The notes under the pieces: generated by a model | Databases searched by the model: none | What the model saw: the letters and a program-made list of their open reading frames with translations, nothing else | Told to the model about the DNA's origin: nothing | Part shown: positions 11,319 to 25,726 of the stretch, one piece after another | How the letters are laid out: the number at the start of each line of letters is the position of its first letter | Numbering within the stretch: the first letter of the stretch is position 1 | Source: Octopus sinensis | Lineage: Eukaryota | Length of the DNA stretch: 64,000 nucleotides | Direction of reading: 5' to 3' | NCBI RefSeq assembly: GCF_006345805.1 | Contig: NC_042998.1 | Location: 23,002,001 to 23,066,000 of the forward strand | Position numbers and translations under genes: made by a program

Positions 11319-11700
11319 TTGGGTTGTCTGGAAAGTTCGTGCCAATTTTTAAGGGAAAGAAAAAGGTCAATAAATACTTGCCATTACATATTTAATTAAC
11401 CAAATATGAACCATTTTGTAACACAATGCATCTCCATCTTTCCTTTAACTTGAAAATACCCTCTTCCCAGAATTGAGGTGGTTTCATGGCAAAGAATTAA
11501 TTCATCAAGGTATCTTTTTACGTCATCCAAGGAATTGAAATTTTTACCATTAAGACTATTCTGCAGAGACCTGAATAAGTGGAAATCCGAATATGGTGAA
11601 TATGGAGAGTGGGGTAACACATCCCAGCCGAGCTGCAGCAATTTTTGTCTGGTTCCCAAAGCATCAAGTGCCAAAAATGAACTTTCTTATCTTCTATTTT
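11319..11700 (-). mobile_element. Mariner transposon 3' fragment
   Basis: TA|TTGGGTTGTCTGGAAAGTT TIR; LGWDVLPHSPYSPYSDFHLFRSLQNSLNGKNF is the mariner YSPDLAPSD region, degenerate. Confidence 0.85.
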
Positions 11701-11849
11701 AAAGGGTTACAGTATTAACAAAGGTTATAGGAACATAAATCTTCTTCTACGAAAAGATAGCTTAAACTGTGCTCTAAACGGAGATGCAGTCACATCCTAT
11801 TTTATGGACTCAACCATGTTCTAAAATAAGTCGAAAGGTAAGCTGCTAT

Positions 11850-11886
<37 letters not shown>

Positions 11887-11915
11887 TGTGTTGTCCGGAA
11901 AGTTTGTGCCGATTT

Positions 11916-12757
11916 ACAGAGGGGCAGACTGAAACCATAACATTACATGACATGTCAGATTCGCCAGAGGGGCAGACTGAAACCATAACATTACATGACA
12001 TGTCAGATTCGCCAGAGGGGCAGACTGAAACCATAACATTACATGACATGTCATATTCGCCAGAGGGGCAGACTGAAACCATAACATTACATGACATGTC
12101 AGATTCGCCAGAGGGGCACACTGAAACCATAACATTACATGACATGTCAGATTCGCCAGAGGGGCAGACTGAAACCATAACATTACATGACATGTCAGAT
12201 TCGCCAGAGGGGCACACTGAAACCATAACATTACATGGCATGTCAGATTCGCCAGAGGGGCACACTGAAACCATAACATTACATGACACGTCAGATTCGC
12301 AGACGGGCACACTGAAACCATTACATGACATGTCAGATTCGCCAGAGGGGCACATTGAAACCATAACATTACACGACATGTCAGATTCGCCAGAGGGGCA
12401 CATTGAAACCATAACATTACATGACATGTCAGATTCGCCAGAGGGGCACACTGAAACCATAACATTACATGACATGTCAGATTCGCCAGAGGGGCACACT
12501 GAAACCATAACATTACATGACATGTCAGATTCGCCAGAGGGGCAGACTGAAACCATAACATTACATGACATGTCAGATTCGCCAGAGGGGCAGACTGAAA
12601 CCATAACATTACATGACATGTTGCAGATTCGCCAGAGGGGCAGAGCCAATCTATAACATTACATGACATGTTGCAGATTCGCCAGAGGGGCAGGGCCAAT
12701 CTATAACATTACATGACATGTTGTAGATTCGCCAGAGGGGCAGACCCAATCCATAAC
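11916..12757. repeat. 48-bp minisatellite, about 17 copies, directly abutting a mariner-type TIR (11886-11915)
   Basis: Unit CAGAGGGGCAGACTGAAACCATAACATTACATGACATGTCAGATTCGC; contiguous units with no unique spacers. Confidence 0.95.
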
Positions 12758-12959
12758 ATATATATTAATGACTTGTAGACATGTGGTATTTTGTTATGCA
12801 ACCATAACTTACTACGAAGTATATTAAACATTTTTAGAAGTCAATACCATGTCCTACTGTGTTAGCAGTGCATTTGAATCATGAAGGCCATCTCTACAGA
12901 TTTTCTATACAAGGAAATCTGAAATAATTCTTCGAGATCTGTAATTATTATTTTTCAGT

Positions 12960-13120
12960 GACGTTGTACAGCAAAGGACCCCAACATTTTTTTGTGCTTC
13001 AGACCAGTTTCATGCAAGAGGCCCTTTATCACCAGCAGAGGTAAGAGGTCTCTGAACTTTGCCCAAGCTATTCTTATTCTAGCAGGTACACTTTCAGTGC
13101 ACCCTCCTTTGCTACTGACT
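12960..13120 (-). mobile_element. RTE LINE ORF2 fragment
   Basis: SSKGGCTESVPARIRIAWAKFRDLLPLLVIKG. Confidence 0.7.
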
Positions 13121-13587
13121 TGGTCACCTATGTATGTATATACATAGATAGATACATATATGTATATAGACACATATATGTACATATATACTTATATGTA
13201 TATATACATACATGTATATATAGATATATGTATATATATACATGCCAGTGGCACGTAAAAGCACCCACTACACTCTTGGAGTGGTTGGCGTTAGGAAGGG
13301 CATCCAGCTATAGAAACTCTGCCAGATCAAAATTGAAGCCTGGTGCAACCATCTGGTTCGCCAGTCCTCAGTCAAATCGTCCAATCCATGCTAGCATGGA
13401 AAGCGGACATTAAATGATGATGATGATATATATACGACGGGCTTCTTTCAGTTTCTGTCTACCAAATCCACTCACAAGGCTTTGGTCAGCATAAGGCTAT
13501 ATTAGAAGACACTTGCCCAAGGTGCCACACAGTAGGACTGGGTAGCAAGCTACTTACCACACAGCCACACCTGTACACCATCTTTCA

Positions 13588-13935
13588 TCATCATCATCAT
13601 CATCATTTAACGTCCGTTTTCCATGCTAGCATGGGTTGGACGGTTTGACCGGGGTCTGGGAAGCCAGGAGGCTGCACCAGGCTCCAATCTTGATCTGGCA
13701 GTGTTTCTACAGCTGGATGCCCTTCCTAATGCCAACCACTCAGTGAGTGTAGTGGGTGCTTTTTACGTGCCAGGTGAGGCTGGCAATGGCCACGATCAGT
13801 TGGTGCCTTTTATGTGCCACCGGCACGGAGGCCAGTTGAGGCGGCGCTGGCAACAGCCACATTTGAATGGATCTTTTTATGTGCCACTGGCACTGGTATC
13901 ACAACTACAATTTCCATTTTTTGATCGATTTCGAT
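13588..13935 (-). mobile_element. RTE 3' UTR fragment
   Basis: Same tail and core as 9696-10220. Confidence 0.75.
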
Positions 13936-15957
13936 TGCCTCAACAGGTTTTCGCATTTTGGTCTGTGTTGGCCAAATATTTTCATCTGTGAGTATCAAAT
14001 GTATGTTTGTGCACTGTTTTCCTTTTGTTGCAGTGTTATATACATGTGGATGCTGTAGAAGAGTTATATGGAAAAGCTGGTGTTTTTGTTGTAGGTGCTG
14101 CGCAAAGGGGAAACCAACCCATCACTTACTTTATACATGTTTTTTTTTTTTTTTAATAAAAAAAATGCACAGATCTACCGGTAGAAAATATTTTTTGGTA
14201 GATATTCAACAGCACCACTAGAATAACCAGAAATGAAAGTAATAAGGAGAAAGGTCAATATCAACAAGGTTATAATGGTACATAAAACTAGGACTATATA
14301 GTATAAAACGTGTTTAATATTATTTATTTAAAAGTCACAACTGAAAACAACAATCTGTTATAAAAACATTTATTTAATTTATTTTGTTTTGGGAACTTCA
14401 TTTGCACAAGTTTCTCTATCTCCATTTTGTAAGAATAAATGTTATTATTTAAATATATTGGCAGTTTACAGTAAAGATCTGATGAAATCAAATAAAGAAT
14501 TGGACAGTTGTAGGACTGAGAATCAGATGAAAATTAATGCATGTGTGCACAAATCATTTCCAATCAAAAATATATTTCAAACTGTTTCCTGAAATAGAGA
14601 CAGGGCTTATAACCGAAAGAGGGGAGGGATTATAAATCGACTGCTTTGATCGCAGATTTCAATATTGGAACTTATATTACCAACCATTTATGGATAAAGA
14701 AAATAAAAATAAAAAATTCATCCGAAAGTGATTTCCACTAAGATGAGCAAAACTAAATGCTAAGATGCATTTAGTCCCCCTTTTTTTTTTTCTTTTTTCA
14801 TTTCCATCATTTAGGTTGTAGTTGAAATAATAAATTAACAGCAACGTGTATGCAATATATTTGAAGACAGACCTAAAAAAGTTGCAAAATTTAAAATGTC
14901 TGAAATGTTGATTAAGATAATTTTTCAGACTATTGACTTCATTGTAAGGATTAAATGTTTTTTTGTTTTTTTGTAATAACTCCCTCTTCTCTGACTGAAG
15001 TAGCCATGTATCTCCTTTACAGCAACGCATCCGTTTCTTTCACCCTTTCATACTTCAACTTCACATTACGCGGCGCAAAGCCACCTCCTTCAACGCTATC
15101 CCCCCTGCTTCAGTCGAGGTGGGGGGTCTTGTCTCGCAAGTTACCCGGTGACCCCATTTGGTGCCAGTATCACATGAGAAGCACCCAATCACCCAACACA
15201 CTCTCTAAAGTGGCTGGCATTAGGAAGAAGGGCATCCAACCGTAGAAACCGTACCAAAGCAGACACTGGATCATGGCACAGTCCTCTGGCTCACCGGTTC
15301 CTGTAGAACTGTCCACCTCGTGCAAGCATGGAAAATGGACATTTAATGGTAGTAATGATGATGATGATGATAATGATGATGATCATAATGATGATCCACA
15401 CTACGTTTCAAACAGTTTGATCTCAGATCAATATTGCCTTACTCCTGTAATCGAACCAGCAGGATTGTCTATTTCTAAATTCAGAGCATTAATGCCTTTA
15501 ATTTAGAAATGCAAGTTCCTAGTTCAAATCCAGTCTGATCCTAAGTACGTAGTGAGGAATATGACTCCAGACAACAACAACAACAACAATTAGAAGAAGA
15601 AAATAAAAAGGAAAAATGTAATGCTTATCCCATCATTGTTTTGAAGACCATTCCTCTTTTTTTATTTCTTCATGCTGGCAGCAGGAATTGGACAAGACTC
15701 TCTTTGATAGTATTCTGCGGATAGGTACCCTTCATGTTAACAACAACTCTCTGTTTTTCAAGTGATGCATCATTGTACTCATCTTTACACACACTCAAAC
15801 CCTGAAGCCCTCAAACTGCAGGACAGACTATTTACAGCAGCTTAAACCAAGGCTGAAGCCCAAATGGTTTCATGCAAAAGACATGGAAATAAATACTCAC
15901 GCATACATGAATATATGCATGCATGTATATGTTGTGTATATGTGTATGTATATATAT

Positions 15958-16460
15958 TGAACCAGCCAGGATCCCTGGTCTGGTGGTACGTAAAAAGCAC
16001 TATCCGACTCGTGGCCGTGGCACGTAAAATACTCCAATGCGACCGTACGACAGGCACCCTTGCCAACCCCCTTTGCTTGTGAAGACATGTTGGGGCAAGC
16101 GAAATCGAAATTGAATTGAACCAGCCAGGATCCCTGGTCTGGTGGTACGTAAAAAGCACTATCCGACTCGTGGCCGATGCCAGCACCGCCTCGACTGGCT
16201 TCCGTGCCGGTGGCACATAAAATACACCAATCTGACCGTGGCCGTTGCCAGCCCCGCCTGGCACCTGTGCAGGTGGCACGTAAAAAGCACCCACTACACT
16301 CACGGAGTGGTTGGCGTTAGGAAGGGCATCCAGCTGTAGAAACATTGCCAAATTAGACTGGAGCCTGGTGCAGCCTTCTGGCTTCCCAGAACCCCGGACG
16401 AACCGTCCAACCCATGCTAGCATGGAGAACGGACGTTAAACGACGATGATGATGATGATG

Positions 16461-16461
<1 letters not shown>
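15958..16461 (+). mobile_element. RTE 3' UTR fragment with an internal direct duplication of about 60 bp
   Basis: TGAACCAGCCAGGATCCC...GACTCGTGGCCG occurs at about 15958 and 16118; (GAT)n tail. Confidence 0.75.
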
Positions 16462-16491
<30 letters not shown>

Positions 16492-17500
16492 TGTATATGT
16501 AACATAAAGGAATTTGAAATCCAGGTAGGTACCTAATGAACACTCTAATACAATCCAGATCTGGCTAACCATATCGAATGATAGGGTATATTCAGAATCA
16601 TTTAAGATAAACAAACTGTATTTCATTGGATTTCATGTAGCATGGTAAAGAAGGACATGATAAAGAAGAATGGAGAATTATAGATCTTCAAAATTTATTT
16701 ATTGAAGTAATTTCTTCATAAATAAGAAAATGAAGAAAATACTTTAGTAAATAAATTCTGAAGATGTATAACTCTGTTATGATGTCAGGATTATATACAC
16801 ACACACATATATAGATTATATATATACACACACACACACACACATATATAGATTATATATATACACACACATACACACAGAGACATCCCTCTACATATAC
16901 ATCTTTATAAATACATACATACATACATGTATATATAGACATACACATATGCATATAAAAACACTCAAACACACATACAATGGGCTTCTATATAGTTTTT
17001 ATCTACCAATTGCATTCACAAGGCATTGGTCAGCCCAAGGCTATAGCAGAAGACACGTGCCCAAGGTGTCATGCAAGGGAACAGAACCGTAAACCATGTG
17101 GTAGTCAAGATGTAAATATTAAAAACACGTCTACTTTCTAAAGATGAGGTTAACAGTCAGAAAAATTTACCTTCTTGTTAGTAAAATCAAATCCTGGATT
17201 TACCTAGTTATATCTAGGTAACCAGATGCTCAAACAATAACAAACATAAGAAGAGAAACAGAAACAAACCAAGGGTTGTACAGTTCAATTATATACTCCT
17301 GAATAAGTTAGTCTTTTAATATTTTTATACTTAAAGATTATTCGGAATTTTGGAATTTATAAAAAAAAAAAAATGGATCTTTAGCTTGGTCAGATAAATG
17401 TGATGGGACTTAGAATGGTTTCTTAAATATCACACTATCTAGAACTTATTTTAACTTCAATACTATAGATATGAATGTATGTGTGCATCTACAAATTTTA

Positions 17501-17540
<40 letters not shown>

Positions 17541-17580
17541 TATTATATATATATATAACGATATGCATGTAATACATGTA

Positions 17581-17773
17581 CTCTTTCACTTGTTTCAGTC
17601 ATTTGACTGTGGCCATGCTGGAGCACCACCTTTTAGTTGAACAAATCAACCTCAGGACTTATTCTTTGTAAGGCTAGTACTTATTTTATCAGCCTCTTTT
17701 GCTGAACTGCTAAGTGACGGGGACGTAAACACCCCAACATTGGTTGTCGAGTACTGGTGGGATGGGGGGGAGG

Positions 17774-17827
<54 letters not shown>

Positions 17828-17972
17828 GTTCAGTTTCTGTCTACCAAATCCACTCACAAAGCTTTGGTCAGCCTGAGTCTATAGTAGAAGACACTTGCCA
17901 AAGGTGACACTGAACCCAGAACCATGTGGTTGGGGAGCAAGCTGCTTACCAAACAACCACGCCTGCGCCTAT
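17581..17972 (-). mobile_element. SINE family A
   Basis: Colinear with other A copies. Confidence 0.8.
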
Positions 17973-17995
17973 AGATATATTGACTATTCAGGTAT

Positions 17996-18060
<65 letters not shown>

Positions 18061-18163
18061 TATATATACATATATTGTATATCTAAATATTCAATATAGC
18101 TATAGGCACAGGCGTGGTTGTTCCGGGTTCAGTTCCACTGCATGTCACCAACCACATATTTAT

Positions 18164-18207
<44 letters not shown>

Positions 18208-20235
18208 GGCATAAGTGTACATACACACACATATATATATGTCAGTCTAAGTTACTCATTCTTTCCAGGACCTTTGCTTTCTTTTGCCAGCAAGACGCTC
18301 ACTGTTGCAAGCAGCAGAAAACCCAAAAGTCTTCATCAGATTTATTCATAAGACAAGTCTTTCCACTTTGGTGAACTAAATAATCTCAATAAAACAATAT
18401 TCCAGTAAATATTTCCAGCCTTTCGACTGACTGACAGGCATTTAAGGATGGATTGTACCTTGGACAAAAGGTTTCTACCATAACCTCAGATTGACCCCAG
18501 ACCTCGAGAGTGGAGTTTGGCTGATGGTAGCTATGAAGAAGCTTGTCGAAAGGACTGCACTTGTTCTTTGATGGTAGAATTAAAGCATCACCCTGTTTGC
18601 AGTCACCATCTGGCCTCTTAATAAAGTCTGTTCTTGTTTCAAGCCTTCAGTTGAGGGTATGCTTTCTTCCACATGTATGTTCCCCCTCACTACCACACAC
18701 ACACACACACACAATTACAGAGTCTTGGAGGTCTGGCAAGAAAGCTACGAGCACTCTTTTTCCTCCTCTGACCAAACTACAAAAAAGTTTATATTACCAT
18801 TCTGGCTTGGGAGAAACTGGTAGCTAAATACATAATTTAAACAAAAAAAAAGAAGAAAAAAACGATTATTTGGTTTTGGATTAAGTCCTGAATATCTGGT
18901 ATCTTTGACATTCCTAGACTGTGCATTTTGCAGGTGAAAAAAAAAAAAACGATTCTAATATATTTAACTTATTATCAGGACTGATATTCTAAAACTGCGA
19001 AATGCCACTCAACATGAAAAAAAGAAATTTTAATAAGCGCCGTTGTTACGATCACTCTCCAACATCACAACCAGATGTTCAATTAAAATTGAAAACTGAT
19101 TTTTAATTTATAATTTCAGTCAGTTTCTCCCTTTTTATTACTCTTTCTTTTAAAAGTTTAATTAACTGATTCAAACAAAAAAAATAACTTGAAAACATTC
19201 AAGATAAAACAAAAAAAAAAAAAATTTAGTTTTTTTTAATGACTCTTGCCAACAATTGAAGAATTTTTTTCCACAGATCATAGAAGTAAAAATTGTCAAT
19301 CATGCTAATCACACCTTTAAACGTTTATCCACTAATTAATAACATAAAATAACACTGATGGAACCAATAACTATTAATTTCTCTAATAAGAGCTATCATA
19401 ATTATCATAAATCTGAAATAACATCTGTAAATAAGATGCACAAGTGAAGATGCAGTAAGCACATTTAAATGAAACAGCTAAAAGAAATGAAGAAATTAAA
19501 TAGTGGAGGGGTTGTTTGTAAATCCTTTTTTTTTTTTAAATATATCAAGGTAAGTTTTGCAAGGAAAAAAAAACTTATATTGAAAATATACCTTATAATA
19601 TGTAAATTTTATTTTGAAAAGACAATTTTGTTTTGTTTTTGTTGTTTTTTTTTAATTTATAACAAAAAAAGTTGCTAACTTTTCCATTATGCTACGTCTA
19701 CATGAATGGTCACATTCAACTTTTTATATTTCTCTTTGCATAAATAAGTCCAGAGATCAGTTTTTTCCGTATATTACATATTTACAGATTAATAATAGTC
19801 ATCAAGGGATCTGTGATAGAGACTAGTTTGTTTACACAAAAAGGAAACTCTTAAAAATTTAGGTTGATAATCCCTTTTTTTTTTAATCATTTTGTCAAAT
19901 GTAGAATCATGAAAGTTATTAGTTGGATCCTTTGTTGGTGGACATAAAACATTCAAAATTGTAAAAAGGCAGATCATGTTAGAGTGTGAAGCAGTCAGAT
20001 GTTGTTTAAAAAATATCCTTGTCGTGAAAACTGAGAGATTTCTTCAACCTCAAACTTCAGAACAAACTTCCAGCTCACCTTTTAAGTTTCATTTCTTCCT
20101 GAGATATGCATAAAATGGTAACAATGAAATTCTTAAACAAAAATCTGACAGGTCTGAAGAAATGTTCAGAACACGATGCCGTTGCTGCTACCTGTTGCTG
20201 TTATATATCTGGTATGGCCTTGTTTTACAACAGTA

Positions 20236-21899
20236 TTAGTCTAGCTGTCTGATTTCGTATATCAAACTGTGGCACATTGGACATTTGTCTTGGATATAAA
20301 GCCATTTACGCAGACATACTCCATGGAAGTAATGGTTGCATGGTGTTATCTTTGCCGAATTCAGATGTTCAAAACAGATAGCACACAGGTCGTTGAGTTC
20401 CTGTAACTGTCCTTCAGATGCATCAGGAAGAGAATTGATTTTGCTCACAGCTGTCCGACGGTGCATAAACATTTTCCAACCTTTTTTCGCTTGCAGCCAT
20501 ATATTGAAGTAAGCATGTATACACATCATGATAGCACGGATGGTTCCACCAGATTCAAACAACATAATCCATGTGCCATTGCAAAATAAGAAGATTCCAA
20601 ACAAAAACTCAACAGTATTGCCAGCAGATTGAATATAATAGACATAATCATCTAATCCCTCCCAGAAGCTATTTCTGTAAGCATCTATCATAAACAAAAT
20701 GTACACAGTTACTGTAACGAGGACTTTGACAATGATCTCAATGCTAAATGCCGACACGGCCAAAAGCCAAGTACTTGTAGAATGGTGACTCCAGAGATAT
20801 TTCAGGAGAAGACAGGGGAAAAGGATGAGAATAAAACACATCAATAATGGTCGTATGTGTCGATTGGGCACGGAATTTCGTGATGCACTTACTGACATTA
20901 GAATAGGGTGTACCATACTGTGGACAAAATGAAAAATAGCAGTCGATAATAAACAAAAATTACGGAACAGTCTTACTAAACGTGCATCAACCTCAAGACT
21001 AGTTAGACCTGTTTGTAATGCTAAAACTAAGAACAGCATGGCAGATAATAAGCCAACATTACGGTCAGCATTTCGATCTTCCTCAACATCACAACCAACA
21101 AAATATGCAACAAAGATGCCTATATAATGTGAGATGAGGGAAACAATGCAGGTAAGCCCAAAAAGGGCAATAAATGTATCACAGCCACGGACAAGTAGAC
21201 TTTTACTAATCACCGTATAAAGTTCCAAAGTGTTTTCAGGTATCTTCCCCGAAATTAATTTTGAAAAAACTTCATCTGCACTTGCATTGTCTGGTAGAGC
21301 TATCATGTTGACATAAAACAGTAAATGGTACATAAAACGGCTGAACCAGAACAAACGAAATACTTGTGGAAAGTGAAGACGAATCCAGTGGGATTCAAGG
21401 AAAATTTGAATTCCAAAATTTCCCAAATCTTCACGAACAGATTGGTAGGAATCTTGGATAAATGTAAAAATGTTATGTCTTTCTAAAATTATTTCAAAAA
21501 GAAGCAAAGAAAATGTGTAAAAAGTGTGTAGATATATTAAAATTTGAGGTGTGTAAATGTCTGTAACTAATTTGCTAAATACTACCAAAAGAAAAGAAAT
21601 GTAAATACTAAATTCTAGGTAATTTCCTTCAAAGTATGCCCACAACCGGCCCTTTCTTCGAAAATGAATAAAAAGCCTTTGTAAAGTGAAATTAACTACT
21701 ACAAAGAATAGAAAACGCTTTAAACTTTTGAAGGCTAATTCTTCTTTTAAAAACCAAACACTATAAGTTAGTGGCATCTGTGTATATGAGGAATTTATAT
21801 GCTGGCACAGAATAATTATTCCTCCAGAGAAGATGTAAGAATATACTAACTGGATGTAGTTGAGTTCAAGGCAGAAGACAAACAAAGAAGACAGGAAAC
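20236..21899 (-). CDS. RNF139: RNF139/TRC8-like E3 ubiquitin ligase, exon 2 (multi-pass TRC8_N region and RING-H2)
   Basis: Within the 567-aa ORF. Acceptor TTTCTTAATTTCAG|GT at 21900/21899. Motifs ESHWIRLHFPQVFRLFW and GLLSAMLFLVLALQTGLT; RING-H2 CAICFEHLNSAKITPCNHYFHGVCLRKWLYIQDKCPMCH. Confidence 0.95.
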
Positions 21900-22431
21900 C
21901 TGAAATTAAGAAAGAAAGAAAAAATGTTTTAAAAACCAAAGCAATTAAATGTCTATGAGAAGCGTTAATTTAATTAATCAAAATATGGAAAAGAAAAGCA
22001 AAATAATTAATTCATAATAGTAATACTGAACTGTCACATTCAAAGCTTGAAATAAATAACATCAGTTAAACAAAAAGACAAACAGAAAATGGTAAATAGT
22101 CAATAAAAACATAATTTTTAAATCAAGGATAGAGCAGTAAAACCTATAACATAAAAAAAAAAAAATTCACATCCTAGGGGTCCCCAACCGCTGAGCTGTG
22201 AATCATTTAGTACTGGGTCACACAGAAAGAATAAATTGTTGCAGTCTGCAATTTTATTTTGAAAAAGTGCCATTTTTGCCTCTACCTTTTTCTGGCACTA
22301 AGAGTTTTTGTGGTTTTTGTTTTTTCATGCACTGATAAATTAAGTCAACAAACAAACTGTAACAATAATAAGAGCATGTGATCTAGTCTGCAGAAAAAGG
22401 AATGGTCGATGCTAAAGAATCTTTGAGTGGA

Positions 22432-22728
22432 GGCAGATGGCCTAGTGGCTAGAGCAGCGGACTTGCGATCGAGGGATCGCGGGTTTGAATCTCAGACCGG
22501 GCGGTGTGTGTGTGTGTTTACAAGCGACTCCGGCAGAAGGTAATGGCAAGCTTCTGCTGACTCTTTCGCCACAACTTTCTCTCACTCTTTCCTCCTGCAT
22601 GTAACAGCTCACCTGTGCCGGACCGGCGTCCCGTCCAGGTGGGGAACCTATACGCCAATGAAACAGGGAAACTGGCCTTATGAGTCAGGTATGGCTTAAG
22701 AAGAAACAAACCACAACAACAACAACAA
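22432..22728 (+). mobile_element. tRNA-derived SINE F with V-domain-like centre and (CAA)n tail
   Basis: Head GGCAGATGGCCTAGTGG...GGTTTGAATC; CCTGTGCCGGACCGGCGTCCCGTCCAGG at 22612-22640 resembles the V-SINE domain (from memory). Confidence 0.6.
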
Positions 22729-24117
22729 AGCATCTTTGAACATGGATCTGCTCAATCAAGATTAACTTACATCTAAACAACAATATGGTAGAGGAAAGAA
22801 GTAAAATCTTGTATCTTCAAAGCTAATGTTAACCTTTTGCCTGCTCAAAGCATTATCATAAATTTGTCCTAAATAGCCTTGTTAGTTTTCAGACTTTTCA
22901 TTAGCCCTTGTTTCATATGGTCTGGGTAATATAAAGCTTTTTTTTTTCATAAGTCACAAGTTACTCTGATGGTTAAAAGAAAACTGGGAAGATGTATCAT
23001 ACATGATGCATGGTTACCATGGAAATATGCTCTGTGTGTCGCCATGGTACACAGAATAGGCAAAGGGTTAACTAGAAGACAAGAGAGCTTTCTTTCTCAA
23101 CTTCCACGATTCTATAAGATATCTTTTATCTTTTACTTGTTTCAGTCATTTGACTGCAGCCATGCTGGAGTACCAAAGGGTTTTGGTCGAACAAATCGAT
23201 CCCAAGACTTTGGTTTTAAGCCTGGTACTTATTCTATCAGTCTCTTTTTGCTGAACCACTAAGTTACAGGGATGTAAACACACCAACACCAGTTGTCAAG
23301 TGGTGGTGGGGTCACACAGACACAAACACACACACACATATACACAAACACATATATATATACACACAAAACAGGCTTCTTTCAGTTTCTTATTTCTTTA
23401 CTACTTTCAAGGGGCTAAACATAGAGGGGACAAACAAGGACGGATAAAGGGATTAAGTCGATTACATCGACCCCAGTGCGCAACAAGTACTTAATTTATC
23501 GACCCCGAAAGGATGAAAGGCAAAGTCAACCTCAGTGGAATTTGAACTCAGAACATAACGGCAGGAAAAATACCGCTGATTTCACCCGGCGTGCTAACGT
23601 TTCTGCCAGCTTGCCACCTTCAGTTTCTGCCAACCAAATCCACTCACAAGGCTTTGGTTAGCCCCAGGCTATAGTAGAAGACACTTGCCCAAAGTGTCAC
23701 GTAGCAGGAGTGAACCCGGAACCATGTGGTTGGGAAGCAAGCTTCTTATCACACACTCACGCCTGCACTTAAGATGAAGTTTGAAATACAGAAAGATTCC
23801 TAAAGGCCTGGACATTAATGTTTCTGTAGATATCCTATCTTTATCACTTTAGCTTTTAAACCGGCCATATCCAGCTCAAATATAGTACTTGTTTATCGTT
23901 CAAACTGGCCAGAGCCGGCCTCTGATACATACCCTGCAATGTCATTCTGGAAAATAAGCAATCACATCATCGACTGTCTCAAAAGATAATGCAAGATTAA
24001 TTCAAAATAATGTGAATAAATACAAATTATATTTCACAGAGTGATCTGAATATTAAACAATTAAAGATCATCTGCTAGAATTCTAATCTTTTTTGTTTTG
24101 CTGCTATATTTGAAGGA

Positions 24118-25075
24118 GCAGGAGTGGCTGTGTGGTAAGAAGTTTGCTTCATAACTACATGGTTCCAGGTTCAGTCCCACTGCATGGTACCTTGGGCAAG
24201 TGTCTTCAACTGTAGCCTCGGGCTGACCAAAGCCCTGTAAGTGTATTTGGTAGATGGAAACTGAAAGAAGCCTGTCGTATATATGTATATATATATATGT
24301 ATGTGTGTGTGTATGCTTGTGTGTCTGTGTTTGTCCCCCAACATCGCTTGACAACTGATGGTGGTGTGTTTATGTCCCCGTAACTTAGCGGTTCAGCAAA
24401 AGAGACTGATAGAATAAGTACCAGGCTTACAAAGAATAAGTCAATTTGTTCAACTAAAGAATAAGTCCTGGGGTCGATTTGCTTGACTAAAGGCAGTGCT
24501 CTAGCATAGCCACAGTCAAATGACTGAAAGATGTATGTATTTGTGTGTCTGTGTTTGTCCACCCACCATCGCTTGACAACCGATGCTGGTGTGTTTACAT
24601 CCCCATAACTTAGCACTTCAGCAAAAGAAACTGATAGAATAAGTACTAGGCTTACAAAGAATAAGTCAATTTGTTCAACTAAAGGCAGTGCTCCAGCATG
24701 GCTGCAGTCATATGACTGAAACAAGTAAAAGAATAAAAGAATATATTTCTAATTGAAATGCAACACTTGTGTATTTCAATTGTAATATAATTGTGATTTT
24801 AGACAAATTTTATAAAACATCATTCCTTTCAGTGGTGAATCACTCGAAAGGCTTTCATATAAATTTATTACAGTTACAGAATATAAATTTATTACAGTTA
24901 ATAGGCGTAGGTGTGGCTATGTGGTAAGTAGCTTGCTTATGAACCACATGGTTCCGGGTTCAGTCCCACTGCATGGCACCTTGGGCAAGTGTCTTCTACT
25001 ATAGCCTCAGGCCAACCAAAGCTTTGCGAGTGGACTTGGAAGACGGAAACTGAAAGAAGCCTGTCGTATATATGA

Positions 25076-25129
<54 letters not shown>

Positions 25130-25362
25130 ATGTATATATATATGTATGTGTGTATATGTTTGTGTGTCTGTGTTTGTCCCCCCAACATTGCTTGACAACC
25201 GATGCTGGTGTGTTTACGTCCCTGTAACTTGGCAGTTCAGCAAAAGAGACTGATAGAATAAGTACTAGGCTTCCAAAGAATAAGTCCTGGGGTCGATTTG
25301 CTCGACTAAAAGGCAGTGCTACAGCATGGCCACAGTCAAATGACTGAAACAAGTAAAAGAGT
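24118..25362 (+). mobile_element. SINE A cluster (one copy with a partial tandem duplication, plus one full copy)
   Basis: Heads at about 24118 and 24903; 3' half repeated at about 24530-24735. Confidence 0.8.
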
Positions 25363-25726
25363 AATCCAAAGGAAATACAGATAGATCTAAAATATAAAGT
25401 TATTTAAGTTTCGCTTAAATGACATAAAAATTAATTATTAGCCACGTCCATTATTATATTTCTGGCAAACATGTTCTATCTTTACCCCGTTATTTACATT
25501 TTGCAAAATGATTTATTCATCTCTGCAATTTATCATACAGAAAACTTGAAGTGGAACAAACAAGATTAAGAAAAAGTTCTGTTTCTTGTAAAAGTTAAAC
25601 GAAAAATAGAAACAAATTTCTCTCTCACTGTCCTGCCTTCTCTCTTTCTCCCTCCCTCCGTTTCTCTCTCTCTCTGCTTTTTTTTTTTTCTTCACAAGGT
25701 CAAATTTACAATATATTTAGCCATCA

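Noticed and set aside
11784-12699. Three long ORFs (261-290 aa) over the 48-bp array
   Set aside because: The unit length is a multiple of 3 and stop-free in several frames on both strands; no splice or homology support.
11916-12757. CRISPR-like array or p53 response-element cluster
   Set aside because: There are no unique spacers. TGACATGTCA matches only 8 of 10 positions of a p53 half-site, and the half-sites are 48 bp apart.
15640-18620. Possible third gene on the - strand (short open frames near 15.7, 17.2 and 18.4 kb, e.g. VNPGFDFTNKK)
   Set aside because: No consistent splice phases or recognisable domain; more likely UTR or intergenic DNA.
21900-21939. ORF-track start of the 567-aa RNF139 ORF
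   Set aside because: It lies in the intron polypyrimidine tract; the true start is in exon 1 at 40799.
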